From: Camelus dromedarius | Taxonomy: Eukaryota | Direction of reading: 5' to 3' | NCBI RefSeq assembly: GCF_036321535.1 | Contig: NC_087436.1 | Location: 53,322,001 to 53,386,000, forward strand | DNA: 64,000 bases | In this document: positions 15,041-41,400 of the stretch, in pieces | Position numbering within the stretch: the stretch's first letter is position 1 | Layout of the letters: each line of letters starts with the position of its first letter | Made by a program: the position numbers and the translations under genes | Notes under the pieces: model-generated | What the model was told of the DNA's origin: nothing | Databases searched by the model: none | The model's input: only the letters and a program-made list of their open reading frames with translations

Positions 15041-16247
15041 GAGAACAGTGAATTTACCACAGAGTTATTGTGAGGATTAAATGAATTGATAAATGTAAAG
15101 CGTCTAGAACAGTACCTGGAACATAGGGAGAGTGACAAAGATATGATGATGATGATGATGGTGATGATGCTGGTTATCACACTCTAAAGTTAGGCCTGCT
15201 GGAACACTGGCTCTGTCACTAGTTGTTTTACCTTGAGAAATTTACATAACTCCTTAAACCTTGGTGTCCTCATCTATAAAATGTGCGTAACAATGACACC
15301 GACATCATACGTTAGTTTTAGGGACTGAATTAGTTGAGACAATGTATGCAAAGTACCTAACAAATTAAGCACTCCATGAATATTAGATATTGATAGTAAT
15401 AATTTGTTTGTCATGGCAAACAACAATATTTTAAAATTTTGAGAAGAAAAATTGCCACTATTTTTATATTGTTCCAACCATGGCATTTGTATTACTCTGT
15501 GTTATTTTAAAGTATTACAAACATTTGGTGTTTCTGCATCACTCAGTAATTATATTTGGCATCTGCCATGCACATCATCAGAATGATTTGCAATAAGTCT
15601 CTAAAACATTTGTGAGACATTCAGACTTTTTGTAGTTTGGCTCTCATAAGTGTATGTCTTTGTGGTTTGGGATTTTGCCTTCTCTTAGATTATTTCCCAA
15701 GGGCCTCAGGAGGTAACGCAAACAAGATTTGCTCGCAATGCTCTGCGTGGCAAGGATCCCAGCTTCACAGCCACAGCAACATTGGCAACTCCCTCAACAT
15801 CTTTGACTTCAGCATTAAAATCAAAATGAAATGCTAATTGAATAGTTTTTAATGGTTTTGAATGTGGGTGTTTTTCAAAATTGCTCTAGTATTTTAAAGT
15901 CTTGGTCCAGAGTTCTACTTGCTGCTACCAAGTTCCCTCCCCAACTCTTCATTGTGTATCTCCATCCCTCAACATGCTTTAAAGTTTTCAGACTACGTAT
16001 GCACATATGAAAATTGTTACGTTTTTTCTAGATTTTTAAAATAATATTAATCTCATCATTTTACCCTAAAATGAATGATTTGTACTGAGAGTAATTTCTG
16101 CCAGTTACATTATCCTTTCTAAGGTTCTTGTAAACTATGAGGCCTCCAGGGAAAAAGGAGACAGTTGGGTCTTTTGCAGAGTTGCTGGTTTTTCCTTCAT
16201 AGGCTTTGGAGTCAAATCCCAACACTGTTCATTGTTAACTGTATGAC

Positions 16248-16585
16248 TGTATTAGAAATGCTAGTTCTTGCCTTCCTGTTAATCTTCCAAGAGAGTCTGT
16301 GGTAATTTGTTACAAGAGCAATAGAAAACTAATTACACCTCCTGTTGAAACATGGCCATCTAAGAGCTGAGTAGTCACATCACCCTCTCTGACCACAGCC
16401 TGGAAAGGTTCTCCTGTTTTAAAAATCCATGTCATTATATTGGGTCCACCTGGATAATCTCCTCATTTCAAGGTCTTTAATCACATCTGCAAAATCCCTT
16501 TTGCCATGTAAGGCAACATATTTGTGACTTCTGTGAATTAGGAGTGTGGACATATTTGGGGGCCATCATTCTGCCTACCTCAGGG
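16248..16585. mobile_element. MaLR (MLT1) LTR fragments
   Basis: ggtaatttgttacaagagcaatagaaaactaattaca; ttgggtccacctggataatctcctcatttcaagg...taatcacatctgcaaaatcccttttgccatgtaaggcaacata...ggggccatcattctgcctacc. Confidence 0.7.
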
Positions 16586-18639
16586 ACCAACCCTGACCCA
16601 AGCTGAACCCAACATATCCTCTCTCTGGAAAATATGAATTTAGAAGACCGTGCTTGGTTTGGAATGTTACATAGAGTTGTGCTGGGTTACAGAGAGAAAG
16701 AGAATGAAAGAGACAGAAAGAGAAAAGCAGAGGGGAATGACATCCTGTGACCCTTTAGAGATTGAAGGATTACCTCTGGACTTTCCAGTTGCTGTTCCAG
16801 GTCTGTCTGGCCCTATTGATACTGGAAAGCTGACATCCAATCATGTTTCTCTCCTCGTCCCACCTGCCTATCTAAACTTCTAGAAGGCAGGGCAAGGGAT
16901 GAGAGCAGAGCACTTGCCAGATGGCATCAAAGATGGCCTGACTCTATGGAGTTTGTCCCAATGTGTTTTTGGTAGTTCGTGGAGCCATGCGATCATGGAG
17001 TAATGGAAGGTGATGATTGTGTGTTAAGGCTCCAAATTCATCTAGGCCTTGAAAACAAGGTGGTAACAGCTATAATTCCCTCAAACCCTAGGCCTCCAGG
17101 TATGAGAGATGAGTGAACAGGAAAATGTGTAAAAGAGGGTATTAAGAGAAAAGGGTTTGCTCAGGTTCTTTGTCCATGCTGTTGATTTCATGTATACCTC
17201 TCAATTCTGACTTGTCTTCCTAGATAAATCTTAATCAAATATCTTTCTTTCAAGTCTTTCTTGACCCTCTGAAGTAAAAGTCACTCTTTCAATTTAGTCA
17301 ACAAATATCTGAACACTCACTATGTGCCAAGAACTTGATTAAGTGAGGAGAATACACATGTGAAAAGACAGGGTAGAGTTGTCCTCTCTTGAATTCCACT
17401 CTGGAACTCTGCTGGCACTGACCACTTCTTACTTCATATGAGGGTTTCTGTGTCTTGTTGAATTGATGAATGATGACCCCACTGCTAATAGGCAACCCCT
17501 TGAAAAGGAGGCACTGGGTCGTGTTCATTACCAGGTTCCTCATGGTTAGCATATGCCTGCCCTAAGGTAAGTGAGTACAGTTCAACAAATATCTGTTAAA
17601 CACCTATTGCATACACTGTACTAAATGCCATCATGAACATAAATGAAATTTAAGAAGGCCCCTGCCCAGAAATTTCCAGTAGAATGTGAGAGATTGATCT
17701 CTACACAAAATATAAAGAGCAACAGAAGAAAATGGGTCCCAAAAGCCATAGGAGCAATGCTAGTGCTGAAAGGATGACTGTGAGATGGAGCAAACATATC
17801 TTCATAGGGGCCACTTCGACCTGAGTCTTAAGGTATGGGTAGGATATGAATGGCCAAGAGGGCAGAACAGAGAAGAAGGTTGCCATGATGGGTAAGGGCT
17901 CAATGAGGAGTGGATTTCTGTTTTGGGGACAATGTAGACACCAGCTTTGAAAGAACACAGGCCCTGTATTGGAGAGTAGGAAGGGGTAAGATGGATGAGA
18001 ATATTAGAGCTGGATTATGAAGCGCCTTGAATGCCAGACATAAGATTGGGGACTTTCTTCTTTCCTTCACTCCCTTCCAAACTGAAAACAACTTGAAATT
18101 GTAGAACAGCCCTTGTGTCTCAGGTAAGTGAACATTTCTCAGCCCTTGTATTTTCTCAGCGACTACATAATTAAAACTTATTGACACAGCTGTGAACTAG
18201 TCATGAAATTGTTCCCTGGGCATTTCTAAAGCAATATACTCTTTATGTTAATTTATCCATGTTGACAGACTACATCTAATTAAATAGCTGACTGTGCAAT
18301 GGATTGTATGAGGACTCCAAATGTAGATAAAAGAAAAATCAACCCACTCTTCTCTGGAAATCATACACAGAATGGTTACACTGAACAAAAAACAATAGAT
18401 ATGACCCAGTGACAATTCTCTTTTCTCCAAGATTATTTAAAACCTCCCTCAAATGCCTGCTCATCTACAAAGCTTCCTGAGCCCTTCACTCAGAATGGCA
18501 CCCCCTTCTCTGCTCCCAAAGCATTAACGTATAGCTGTGTTACAGCACTTCACAGACAGGCTGACATATAGGAGACTTGGTAGTCTGTGTGTCTTTTCTT
18601 CCATAACTGGTGGGCTTGCTTTTATGAGTAATCATTATA

Positions 18640-18880
18640 GCTAATATTCATTGAGGGCTGTCCTGTCTGTCAGGTTCCCTGATAAGTGCTTTAAAAGAAT
18701 TATCTCATTTTTCATCTAACAGTCTTTTCAGGTGATACTACAATTTGTCCTTATTTTACAGATTTAAAAAAAAAAAAAATTAAGCCAGGAACGGTTAACA
18801 ATTCCAAGTTTACACAGCTGGTAAGAATAGTGTCAGCCCTAATTTAAGACCATGTCACAACCACTGCCTCATACTGCCTT
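18640..18880 (-). mobile_element. MIR SINE (representative; similar copies at ~740-910, 15060-15380, 22490-22720, 29360-29530, 35630-35790, 42330-42540, 48280-48510, 63530-63720)
   Basis: Core motifs such as aagtgcttta...atctcattt...cttattttacagat...aagtttacacagctggtaag. Confidence 0.7.
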
Positions 18881-19969
18881 CTGAAACAGGTAGAGGCTGT
18901 GTCTTATCCATCATTGTCACCCCACTGAACCCATATGAGTGCCTGGAGTGAGTTTGTGCTCAGTCAGTGCTGACGGGTGCCGGGTGGAGCAGAAACGCCA
19001 GAGAGGATGAGTATCCTTGCTGTGACTGACTGGTGTCTGACTCCTCTGCTGTGAAAAGGAGGAGAGTGCTGGAACATGTGTCAATCTCTCTGTAGAAGTG
19101 TTTTGACTGGTAGCTTTACAATAATGAAAGAGAGATTGACATGAATGAATATCAATCAGTGTAACTCAGCACTGAAGTTCAAGACTAAAAGTACCTAAGC
19201 AAATTTAATCCCTAAAAATAACTGCCATTAAACTGCCTTGGGTAGAGATTCAAACCCATTTCTCCCACATAAAAGAGGAAGAGGAGGAAGAAAAGGGGAA
19301 GAGGAAAAAGTAAAGTTTTACTCTGCAGTTTTGACTTCTGCATTTCTCGACTCAAATCCAGCCTAGAGAGCAATCTCCCCACATAAAACTGACAACAAAA
19401 ATGGGTGTGCATGCTAAGTTTCAAATGAATTATACAAACAAAAATCCTCATTAGCTATGTGCAGAGAGAGAGAAAAAAAAGTGTGGAACAAACATATAAA
19501 GAGTGAAGGAGAAACTCTGCCCTACAGATGGGAGAAAAAGAGAAGGGAAACAGGAAGACACAGAATAATAAGCACAGATTGGTTTGGCTGAAGCAAGCAA
19601 CAGAGTAGGGCACTATAGGATTGTGTAAACACATAAAACATCTTTTTATCAACCACCTGTTGGTGATTTGAACTTCATGCACTGACCCACAGTTGTGGTT
19701 AGATAACCATGTCCAGGACCGCATTAGGAAATACTAGGAATTAATGTCTTTGGAAGAAAAAAATTATAATACTAGCCTGAAATTTAACTGTACCTGAGTA
19801 TCTTATTATGGTTCAATTCTATTTCCCTCTTTTTTTGTGTGTATTACTGCTTTCTGCTTTTAAAATTTTCTTTCTAGACACCAGTAATTATTCAATTCAT
19901 ATATATAAAGCTCTTACTATTTTCCAGGCACTGTGCAAAACGTTCGCTACACAAATGTGACTCATCGCG

Positions 19970-21150
19970 TAGTCTTCTTTCCTGTATGTGTGTCTCCGCT
20001 TCTCAGAAGAACACCAGTTATAGTAGATTTAGGGCCCACACTAATCCAGTGTGATCTCATATTATCTCTTTTTTAACTGAAGTACAGTTGATGTATGTTA
20101 GTTTCAGGTGTGCAACGTAATGATTGAACATTTAAACACAGTAAGTCTAATAATTGCCTGTCACCATACAAAATTGCAGTATTATTGACTATATTCTTTA
20201 TGCTGTATATTACATCCCCATCAACCTCATTTTACCTTAACATAACTAATTACATCTGCAAATTTCCTATTTCCAAATAAGACCACATTCTGAGATGCCA
20301 GGTGGACATGAATTTAGGCAGGACACTGTTCAATCCAGTATGGCTCTTCCTCTGGCCTCCCCAGATCCACATTAATCCCCTGTGCCATGTGCAAATGCAG
20401 TTACCCTGTCCCAATATCCCCAAAAGTCTTAACCTATTCCTTCATTAATTCTAAATCCTAAATCTCATCTAAATACCTTCAACTCAAAAAGTTCCACATT
20501 TTATCATCTATATTGGGTATGAGTCAGACTCTAGATCTGATTCATCCTGGGGCAAAGTTCCTCTCCATCTGTGGACCTGTGAAACTAGAAAATGAGTGAC
20601 CTGCTTCCAAAGTACCACGGTGGAACTGGTGAAGCAGAGACATTTCCATTCCAAAAAGGAGAAAATGGAGGAAATAAAGGAATCTCTGGTTGAAAGAAAA
20701 TTCTCAACTCAGCAAGGCAAGTTCCATTAGGTTTCAAAGCCTGAGAATAATTTTCTCCACCCTCTGTGTCAAGGGAGGTTCCACCCTCTGGGCCTGTCTC
20801 TCTGGCTTCTGCAACCACAGCTCTACCCTCGGAGTCATTTTTCCCTTGTCTTAAAAGGTAGCACATGTTTGCAGCTGGAAGTTCTATCAGCCTTTTCCCC
20901 ATCTGCAGAATCCCAGAAGTTTGACAGCCTTCCTTCATTTCATTCTGTTCCTGGCCTTTTCAGTCCAAGCTAGTGGTGTTTCTTCTGATATGATGTTCTC
21001 GAAAACCATGAGTGTCTTCTGTGTTTGTCAAGGGGATCCACACCAGACACAAGAGGATTTTCCACAGATCCTTCTTGGATAGCCTCATTTCTATTCCTGG
21101 CTTCTGTAGAGATAGCTGATTAGATACATGAATAATACACCTGGTCACAC
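19970..21150 (-). mobile_element. MaLR LTR plus internal (MLT1-int-like) sequence, interrupted by a short L1 3' fragment (~20068-20220) and abruptly truncated at ~21150
   Basis: LTR motifs tttagggcccacactaatccagtgtgatctcat and taattacatctgcaaa...ctatttccaaataagaccacattctgag, followed by MaLR-internal motifs (tcatcctggggcaaagttcctctccatctgtggacctgtgaaac, gacatttccattccaaaaggagaaa). Confidence 0.75.
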
Positions 21151-21171
21151 CCAATTGCATTCAGTCAAATT

Positions 21172-23066
21172 GAGCGGGTTGGGAAGCAATAAGAATTCCA
21201 CCATCCTTAACTTGGAAGATAGATTCTGTAGTAAAGTAATTAATTATATGATCAATTATCATCTTCAGTAGGTCAAATCCAAGTAATTAAAATTTAAAAG
21301 TCAATGCACCATTTAGTCAAATTGCAAAGTACTAATTACTTCACTACAATTATGATTTCCCAAGGCCAATCAACAGAAGCCAAATTAGTAGTGCTTGGCT
21401 TAGAATTCTTAACCCTTAATTCAGAGAGCCACATACATCTCCATCTTGATTCCCAGTAGTGGCTGGAAGGAGATTCAGGACAATGGAAGGTTTGTTTCTG
21501 CTTTTCTTTCCAATGGGAGAGTATGTTTTAAAAAAGCTGACAAGTCACACTGAGAGAAGAAATCAATAACAAGTTTCTTAAGCAGAGACAGGTGATGGGG
21601 AAAGAGGATAGGATGAGTGCAGATGCAGATAATGTGACTAGCAATAGGCATCTAAGGGAGCTCCCCTCTGATAACTTCCATTTTAATTTAATCAATACTT
21701 ATTGACTTCCAACTATATATAAGATACCATTGCAGACCCTTAGAGTAGAGGAAAATAACAAGAGATTCAAAGTCTCTTTTCTCCTAGAAATTGTATTCAA
21801 CAGGAGGGATTTAGACATTAAACACTAACAAATCTGGAAAATACATTGGAGGCAGAGCTGGCAGAGCTTTTAATGGATTGGGAATGAAGAGGGAAGGGTT
21901 TTTGCCTGGAGCAACTGGGTGAATTTTGTGTGTACTGTAGGCTTTTCTCCCAGGGGAAAGGGGGATGGAGGAATGGAGGTGGGGAGGGGGGAGGTGATGG
22001 TCAGATGTTTGACACAAGCATTGAAAGACTGACAGTTATTTCAGGGAACTGGACAGGTTGGCTAGGAAAATGTTGGATTGCCAAGCAATGTTGAGACTTT
22101 ATTTGTCTTGGTGATCAAGAATTTACAGTGGAACCAATCTGCCCTGTAATTTTCCCCATTCACCCTCATCTGCAGAGGCATCAGCATGGCTGTGATAATA
22201 GCTGCCAAATCTTCCCCAACCCACAACTTTGGCCCAACTTCATTGGTCCAGGAATGAGCACTTGACCCAAGCTGAGCAAGAAGAGTCTTCCTTAGATTTT
22301 TGGATTTAAGATGAGAGACAGATCTGAACACTCTTGTTGCAGTTGTTAGACATAATAATCAAGTGTGGGTTTTTGGGGGGGCAGGCAGGGGTGAGCATAT
22401 TCCCTACTGTATGGCAAAAGCAATGCAGTGGTGAGAAAATGAAACCAATGTACTGAGAGACACCATGATAATAATGGATCACACAGATAGACTGTGCTTT
22501 GTGCTCTGCAAAGTTCTAAACATTTGTCATATGTTGAATCTCTGAATGATTAAAACAAATCTATGAGGTAGAAACTACTATAATCATCCTCACCTTATTT
22601 ACAGGGAAACTAAAGCACAGAGAGTTGGATTTCTTGCCTAGCATGTAAGACATGGAACTAAGATTTGAATGCAGGTTTGTTAGTGCTGGTATCCATGCTT
22701 TTAACCACCATGCTGTACTGCCTCATGTAAGAGAAAAGGGAAATCCTATTGCAGTTGAATTGATTTGAGTTTCTGCTCCCAATTGCATTCCTGCCCATGA
22801 TCTTGTTTGGTTTATTGCTTTCACAGTTTCTGTTAAGCCAACATTTTCCCCCCTTTCCCTTAAGCTTCTCATGTTGAGTTTCAGTAATTTCAAAACAAAA
22901 GAGTCCTCATACAAAAGTTGGGTCCCAGAAGTGAAATGGTTCACTGATACCCCTGAACTGTGAAACTCATGGAGTGGAGCAGGTTGGGAAGCAATAAGAA
23001 TTCCACCATCCTTAACTTGGAAGATAGATTCTGTAGTAAAGTAATTAATTGTACGATCAATTATCA
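21172..23066 (+). repeat. 90-bp direct repeat pair (21172-21261 and 22977-23066)
   Basis: gagc[g/a]ggttgggaagcaataagaattccaccatccttaacttggaagatagattctgtagtaaagtaattaatt[a/g]ta[t/c]gatcaattatca; 3 mismatches, offset 1805 bp. Confidence 0.95.
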
Positions 23067-24384
23067 CCTGTCATTTCTTAAGGCTTAGACTATATGCCCA
23101 CAAAGATCTAAATTTAGGCAATGTGGTTAAAAAAAAAAAGTTACTATTGTTTTAGCCTTTAACAAGATGCTATAGGAGAGACAAGCCTAAACTGGATCTT
23201 TGAACAAGATAGTTCACACCAGACTGCATTTCAAGTTATAGTCAGTTCAAGCTTTGCTGAATAGGAACAATATATACATTCTAAGAGTAGGTGCATAGGT
23301 GCAGAAAGCTTGGAAATCAGGGTATCGCAGAGCAAGCTTACTTTAAAAGAGAGAGAAATGAACAAGCCTCACAAGTTCCTTCAACCGCATTCAAGCATTT
23401 CTATTCTTACACCTTCTTGCCCATAAAGTGATACCACCCTGTATAAAGCAGAGACACCTGGAATGCCTCCTAAGAGCATTCTTTAACCAGGTCTCTGAGT
23501 AGATAATACGCCTCTCCACTGTAGCCCAGTTTCTCATCCCCAAGATCTGAGGCAGGAGCTTCAAAAAAAATCCTGGGGAGAATGCAGGTCCCTGGGTTTT
23601 ATGATAAGATGAAAGCAGTGTTAGGGCCAGGACCCTGAGAAGATTCCTGAATTACTAGCAGTTATAAACCCCTTCAAATGAAACTGCTAAGCAACTGATT
23701 AGGGGTTAAGAGAGTTGTGCTGCCAGAAAAGCTCCAAACCGAGACTTGTGGTTGCCAAACCTTGTTCCAAATTACTCTCTCACACCCACTCGTACCTAAT
23801 TATTCTTACCTCACAACATCATGCACTGTGAAGGATTTCAGCAGAGAAACTGCTCCATTGGCTTCCTCACGGGATGCCCCGAAGGATACTGGAAAAATAA
23901 TGTCTAAACGATGTGAATGAGGGGCAACCAAAGCGGCCAAAGAACTCACATTCTTACTCTGCAAGTTACTAAATGGTGCTCTTGGTGTTTTCTGATCTAT
24001 TTCCCTCAGTATCTTTCTCCAGCAGAAGCCAAACATCAAAGAGTAGGGCCTAGAATTATGAACTTTTAACAACGTTCCCTAAGAGATTCTTATGCATTCT
24101 GATGTGGAGAAACACTGCGCTACGCAAATAATAAAAGGTTAACGTGACGATGACCACCATCCTTATGCTCAGGAGCAGCAGCGCTGCCCCAAGCCCACAT
24201 TATGCAGAGGCCCTATACCTTGATTGAGCTAATCCTCTGATCTGAATATGCTACCTATCCTCTTATTTTACATCCTATCTTTCTTCAAGATGCAGTTAAA
24301 GTCTCACCTAAATCAAACTCTCATCGTTTATAATGACCTCACATTGTCTTTACCATTTGTCACCTTTATCACTTATTTCTCAGC

Positions 24385-24612
24385 TTTTTTAAAAAATTGA
24401 AATATAGTTGATTTACAATACTGTGCTGGTTTCAGGTATACACCTGAAGTGCTTTGGTTTTACATATATATAAAAGTATATAGATTAAACATACATATAT
24501 ATTCTTTAGATTCTTTTCCACTGTAGGTTATTATCAGATATTGAATATATCTCCCTGTGCTAGACAGAAGGTCCTTGTTGTTCACCTGTTTTATATACAG
24601 TAGCATGTATCT
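24385..24612 (-). mobile_element. Short LINE-1 3'-end fragment
   Basis: tttttt..aattgaaatatagttgatttacaatactgtg...ccctgtgctagacagaaggtccttgttg is the reverse complement of the L1 tail seen at 13500-13670. Confidence 0.85.
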
Positions 24613-24899
24613 GGAGTAGATTGTATCATTATTTGTGCTTGTTCATCTCTTTGACTCCTGGAGACCCAGTGTTATACTCTTACCACCTGCCTCTAGCAAT
24701 ACCTTTCATGCAATTGATACTCCAGAAATTCTCACTGTCAACTAATTAGGAGTTGATATTTCTCCCAGTTTCTAACACTTTATTCACTTTTTTATAATCA
24801 CTTCATTGCCTTTTTACCCATTGCTACTCGTCAAATTATTCTCCTCTTACTAAACATCCTCCCTAATCATTTTTTCACATTCCTTTTTGTCCTTCACTT

Positions 24900-25030
24900 T
24901 CACATATTTGCCAACTGCTCACCTTTCCGGTTCCCCCATGCTGACATGTAATTGTGTAATTATTCTTAATAACCTTCAGGATGTACAAATTATAAATACC
25001 CAGCCTAGTTTGCCCAGGAACACAGACAAA
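24900..25030 (+). promoter_or_regulatory. Putative ADH6-like core promoter: TATA box plus C/EBP-like and FoxA-like motifs
   Basis: TATAAATA at 24991-24998, about 100 nt upstream of the ATG. ATTGTGTAAT (C/EBP-like) at 24951-24960 and TATTTGC (forkhead-like) at 24905-24911. C/EBP regulation of mammalian ADH promoters is established; function of these particular sites is inferred. Confidence 0.6.
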
Positions 25031-25089
25031 GAAGTGGTGTTCTCTCGGATGTCCCTACAAGAGACACCAAGGAAACCAGAAAACTCATC

Positions 25090-38325
<13,236 letters not shown>

Positions 38326-38482
38326 GATCCCAGATGATGAAAGGTGCAAGGATATCCTTGGGAACTTTCTTCTTTTCCTGTTTCATCTCCCTGAGTGTTA
38401 GTGCAATGGAAAGAGAAGCATTGGAGATGAGAATGCAGTGTGATTATTCAAAATGAAATAAGTGCATCCTGAATGTAATTAT

Positions 38483-38493
38483 AATAAAATAAA
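38483..38493 (+). terminator. Polyadenylation signal(s) of the ADH6-like gene
   Basis: Overlapping AATAAA hexamers (38483-38488 and 38488-38493) about 160 nt after the stop codon. Confidence 0.7.
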
Positions 38494-41400
38494 CTTCTCA
38501 GAGTACAGATGTTACATTACATTCTGTGACTTGAAAAAGAGGGGGGGGTGGGACTTAATTGATGGCATTGTTGATATATCCCTCAACCCAACAGATCTCT
38601 GTCATTGGTCCATGAAAGCTGCCCCTGAATTATCCCTGAGTTATTCCTTGTTCCCATCCTCAAGTTATCTTCAAAATATATTGATTTCTCTGTATCTCTC
38701 TTGCCACTCTAGGGCTTATATGATGGTTTTGCTGCTTCTACAACATGCTGGGGTATCATAAATCTTTGGAAAGCTATCTTGGGACATAGTAAGCCATTTT
38801 CTATCCTAAGGTCTTTGTACCATCCTATGCCTGTACCCATGAAATGTTGAGGCATAGTTCCTAACTTCTTTCAAACACACAAACACGTTTAGGAAATCTT
38901 GCCATCTCTGCCCTTAGGAAGCATATGTAGGACCCTCTCAAAGGAACTCATCCATATCTACAACTTCATAACTTCCTTTCCAAGTCTTTTCTCTTCACCA
39001 AACCAGTATAATCATTACCTCATTGGAGTTGGGAGATTGGGAGAAGAGGGAAAAAGTTAGCTCCTCTTATCTGTTTCTTTTTTTTCTTAGCTCCTCTTCA
39101 TCTGTTTCATCTGTTTCATCTGTCCTTGAGATATTTCCATTCTCCTTAATCTTTCACTTTTGAAACACAATTTCTGAAACAATTCTGTTTCAATTGCAAT
39201 ATCCCTTCCTGAGATTTGAGCTCAGAAAGTCTAGTTGACTTAATGAGAGAAGGTCCAAGAATTAAAGAGAACACATGAAAATTTTAAGGTAAATATTTTA
39301 AATATAATCCTGCCAGTCTAGCTCTGTCACCTTAACAAGCCCTTCCCTCTCTGAGTGTCAATTGCTACATTGTAAAATGGGGAAAATAAGAGTAATGCTA
39401 TAGGATGATTTCTAAGGCAAGATCACATGTATAAAAGTAAAAATAAATGGAAATATGTCTAAAATTTTTAAAGAATAAAATAATTAGAATCTAAGGAAAG
39501 GGGAAAAATAAAGCAAAGAATATTTTAAACTAAGAAGTTAAGAATAAAATTTATAGCATTTAAATATTTTAAAGAATAAAAAGGTAAGTAAGGCTAGGAG
39601 GAACTGAGTTTCAAAGGAATAAAATGATACTTATTTTAAATAAAATATAAAAGTGACTTAAAATCATGAGGGAAAAAAGCAGTAACAGAACATATTCTTA
39701 ATAAAACACAAATAGAAAAAGAAAAGAGCTGGTAGCAGGGTTGCATCTTGATCAGAAATTTCAGGATGGAAATGCCCAGCCATCAAGGACAGTCCCTCAA
39801 GCTGAAAGACCGCTGCACTTGTAGAGAAGCTTGGGAAGCAAGAAACACAAAACATACAGTAGGGCCAGGAGCAGGACGCACTTGGATGGAAGGCTTTTTT
39901 CTTGGTCTTGACTGAAAGCCTCATGCCCCCAGACATTATTACAGAGACATCAAGTTGACCCTATTGTCCCTAAATTACCCAGCTTACATGTGAATTTTGG
40001 TCCAAGAAGGATGGAATATCAATAAATACTCATATCCTTTGCTTGGGACAACTGACTAAACTAGAGGGGGATTAAGATACAATCCTTAGACTCAATGCAC
40101 TCTAAATTTCAGACAAATTTAAATTGTAAATGTAAAAATTAAATGGTAAAAATATTAAATTAAGGTTAAGGGTAAATTTTTTTACATTAGGGTAAAAAGG
40201 CCATTCTAAGCATGACACCAAAGATGGAAACCATGGTTTACAACAGTAAAAAATAGAAAAGCCTAAATTTCTAACAGTTGTGAATTGATTACATATTTAT
40301 TATCTGTATAATGTTATACCACAGATTTTTAAAGTGATAAAATAGTCCTCCTTTTGTCCATACAGAAAGATATCCACAGCATATTGTTAGATTTAAAGAC
40401 AAATGTGGACACAAAACGCCGTTCACAAAACAACGCATATGTTATCTTGTTTTGGTGTATAAATAAAAACAAACCAACAAACAAATCTGGGAGTCTTTGT
40501 GTTAAATGTTAAAGTGGCTGTCTCTGGCTAGTAGGATTCTCTCTAGCTAGTGATGATTTGTGAGAAGACAGTGAGGTACTTTTAAAACATCTTGATTAGG
40601 AACATTACAGAAACCTTTCTCCCATACAGTTACACTTCTGAAATGTAGATCCAAATGGGCAGTATTTCTGAGGATCTTCCAGATACAAATTGTCAAAGGA
40701 TGACTCAAAGACATTTAGTTATTTTGCACAGTATTTAATTGTTTGCGAAGGAATCAGTTGGTCAGAGGGAATAAAGGAACAAAGGCAAAAATGAAACATA
40801 AATGATAAGTGACAGAAGGGAGAAAAAAATCTTCAGAAAGCCAAATCTGGGAACCACAAATAGCATTTGCATGTTGTCAGAGGTTGGGGTAAACTGATGA
40901 ACAAGCAGCTAGCAAAGTCTGAGAATTCTGTTTCTGAGTAAGCTTACTTGGACTGTCAAAGAAAACAATTTCAGCTGCTGATGAATTCTCCAGAAACATT
41001 GAGAGTTCAGCTATGGAGCATATGGACCAAGATGATGCTGTAATGCCTGCCAGTTTCCTCCCATCAGCTCCAACCCATTATTAAGGGGGTGTGCATCATT
41101 TCCCCCCTCAGATTTCTCACCTGGTAGGATCCATTCACTACAGGTACCATAACAATACCTAGAAGGATACTTTAATTCAGGACTTCATAAAAATGGGGAA
41201 ATGCATTGATTCATAATGGCTAAAATTGCATTATAGGAGAAAACAATGTAATTTACTAATGTATATTTTGTATAATGGAATACAGATGCTGTAATGTGGG
41301 ATTTTTATTTAAACTTCCAGTTTCTCCCTAATAAGGGACTTGAGGGTATCCTAACCCACTGATGTAACCTAGCCCAGAATTGTCATCTTTTTCAGCAGTT

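Noticed and set aside
21953..21995. G-rich tract with G-quadruplex potential (similar tract near 1985-2000)
   Set aside because: Short, not at a promoter, and common in mammalian DNA; nothing supports a function
1..24900. Possible terminal exons of a neighbouring ADH gene or another gene (isolated GTAAGT donors near 17567 and 18124)
   Set aside because: No coding homology found; the region appears intergenic and repeat-derived, though non-coding exons cannot be excluded
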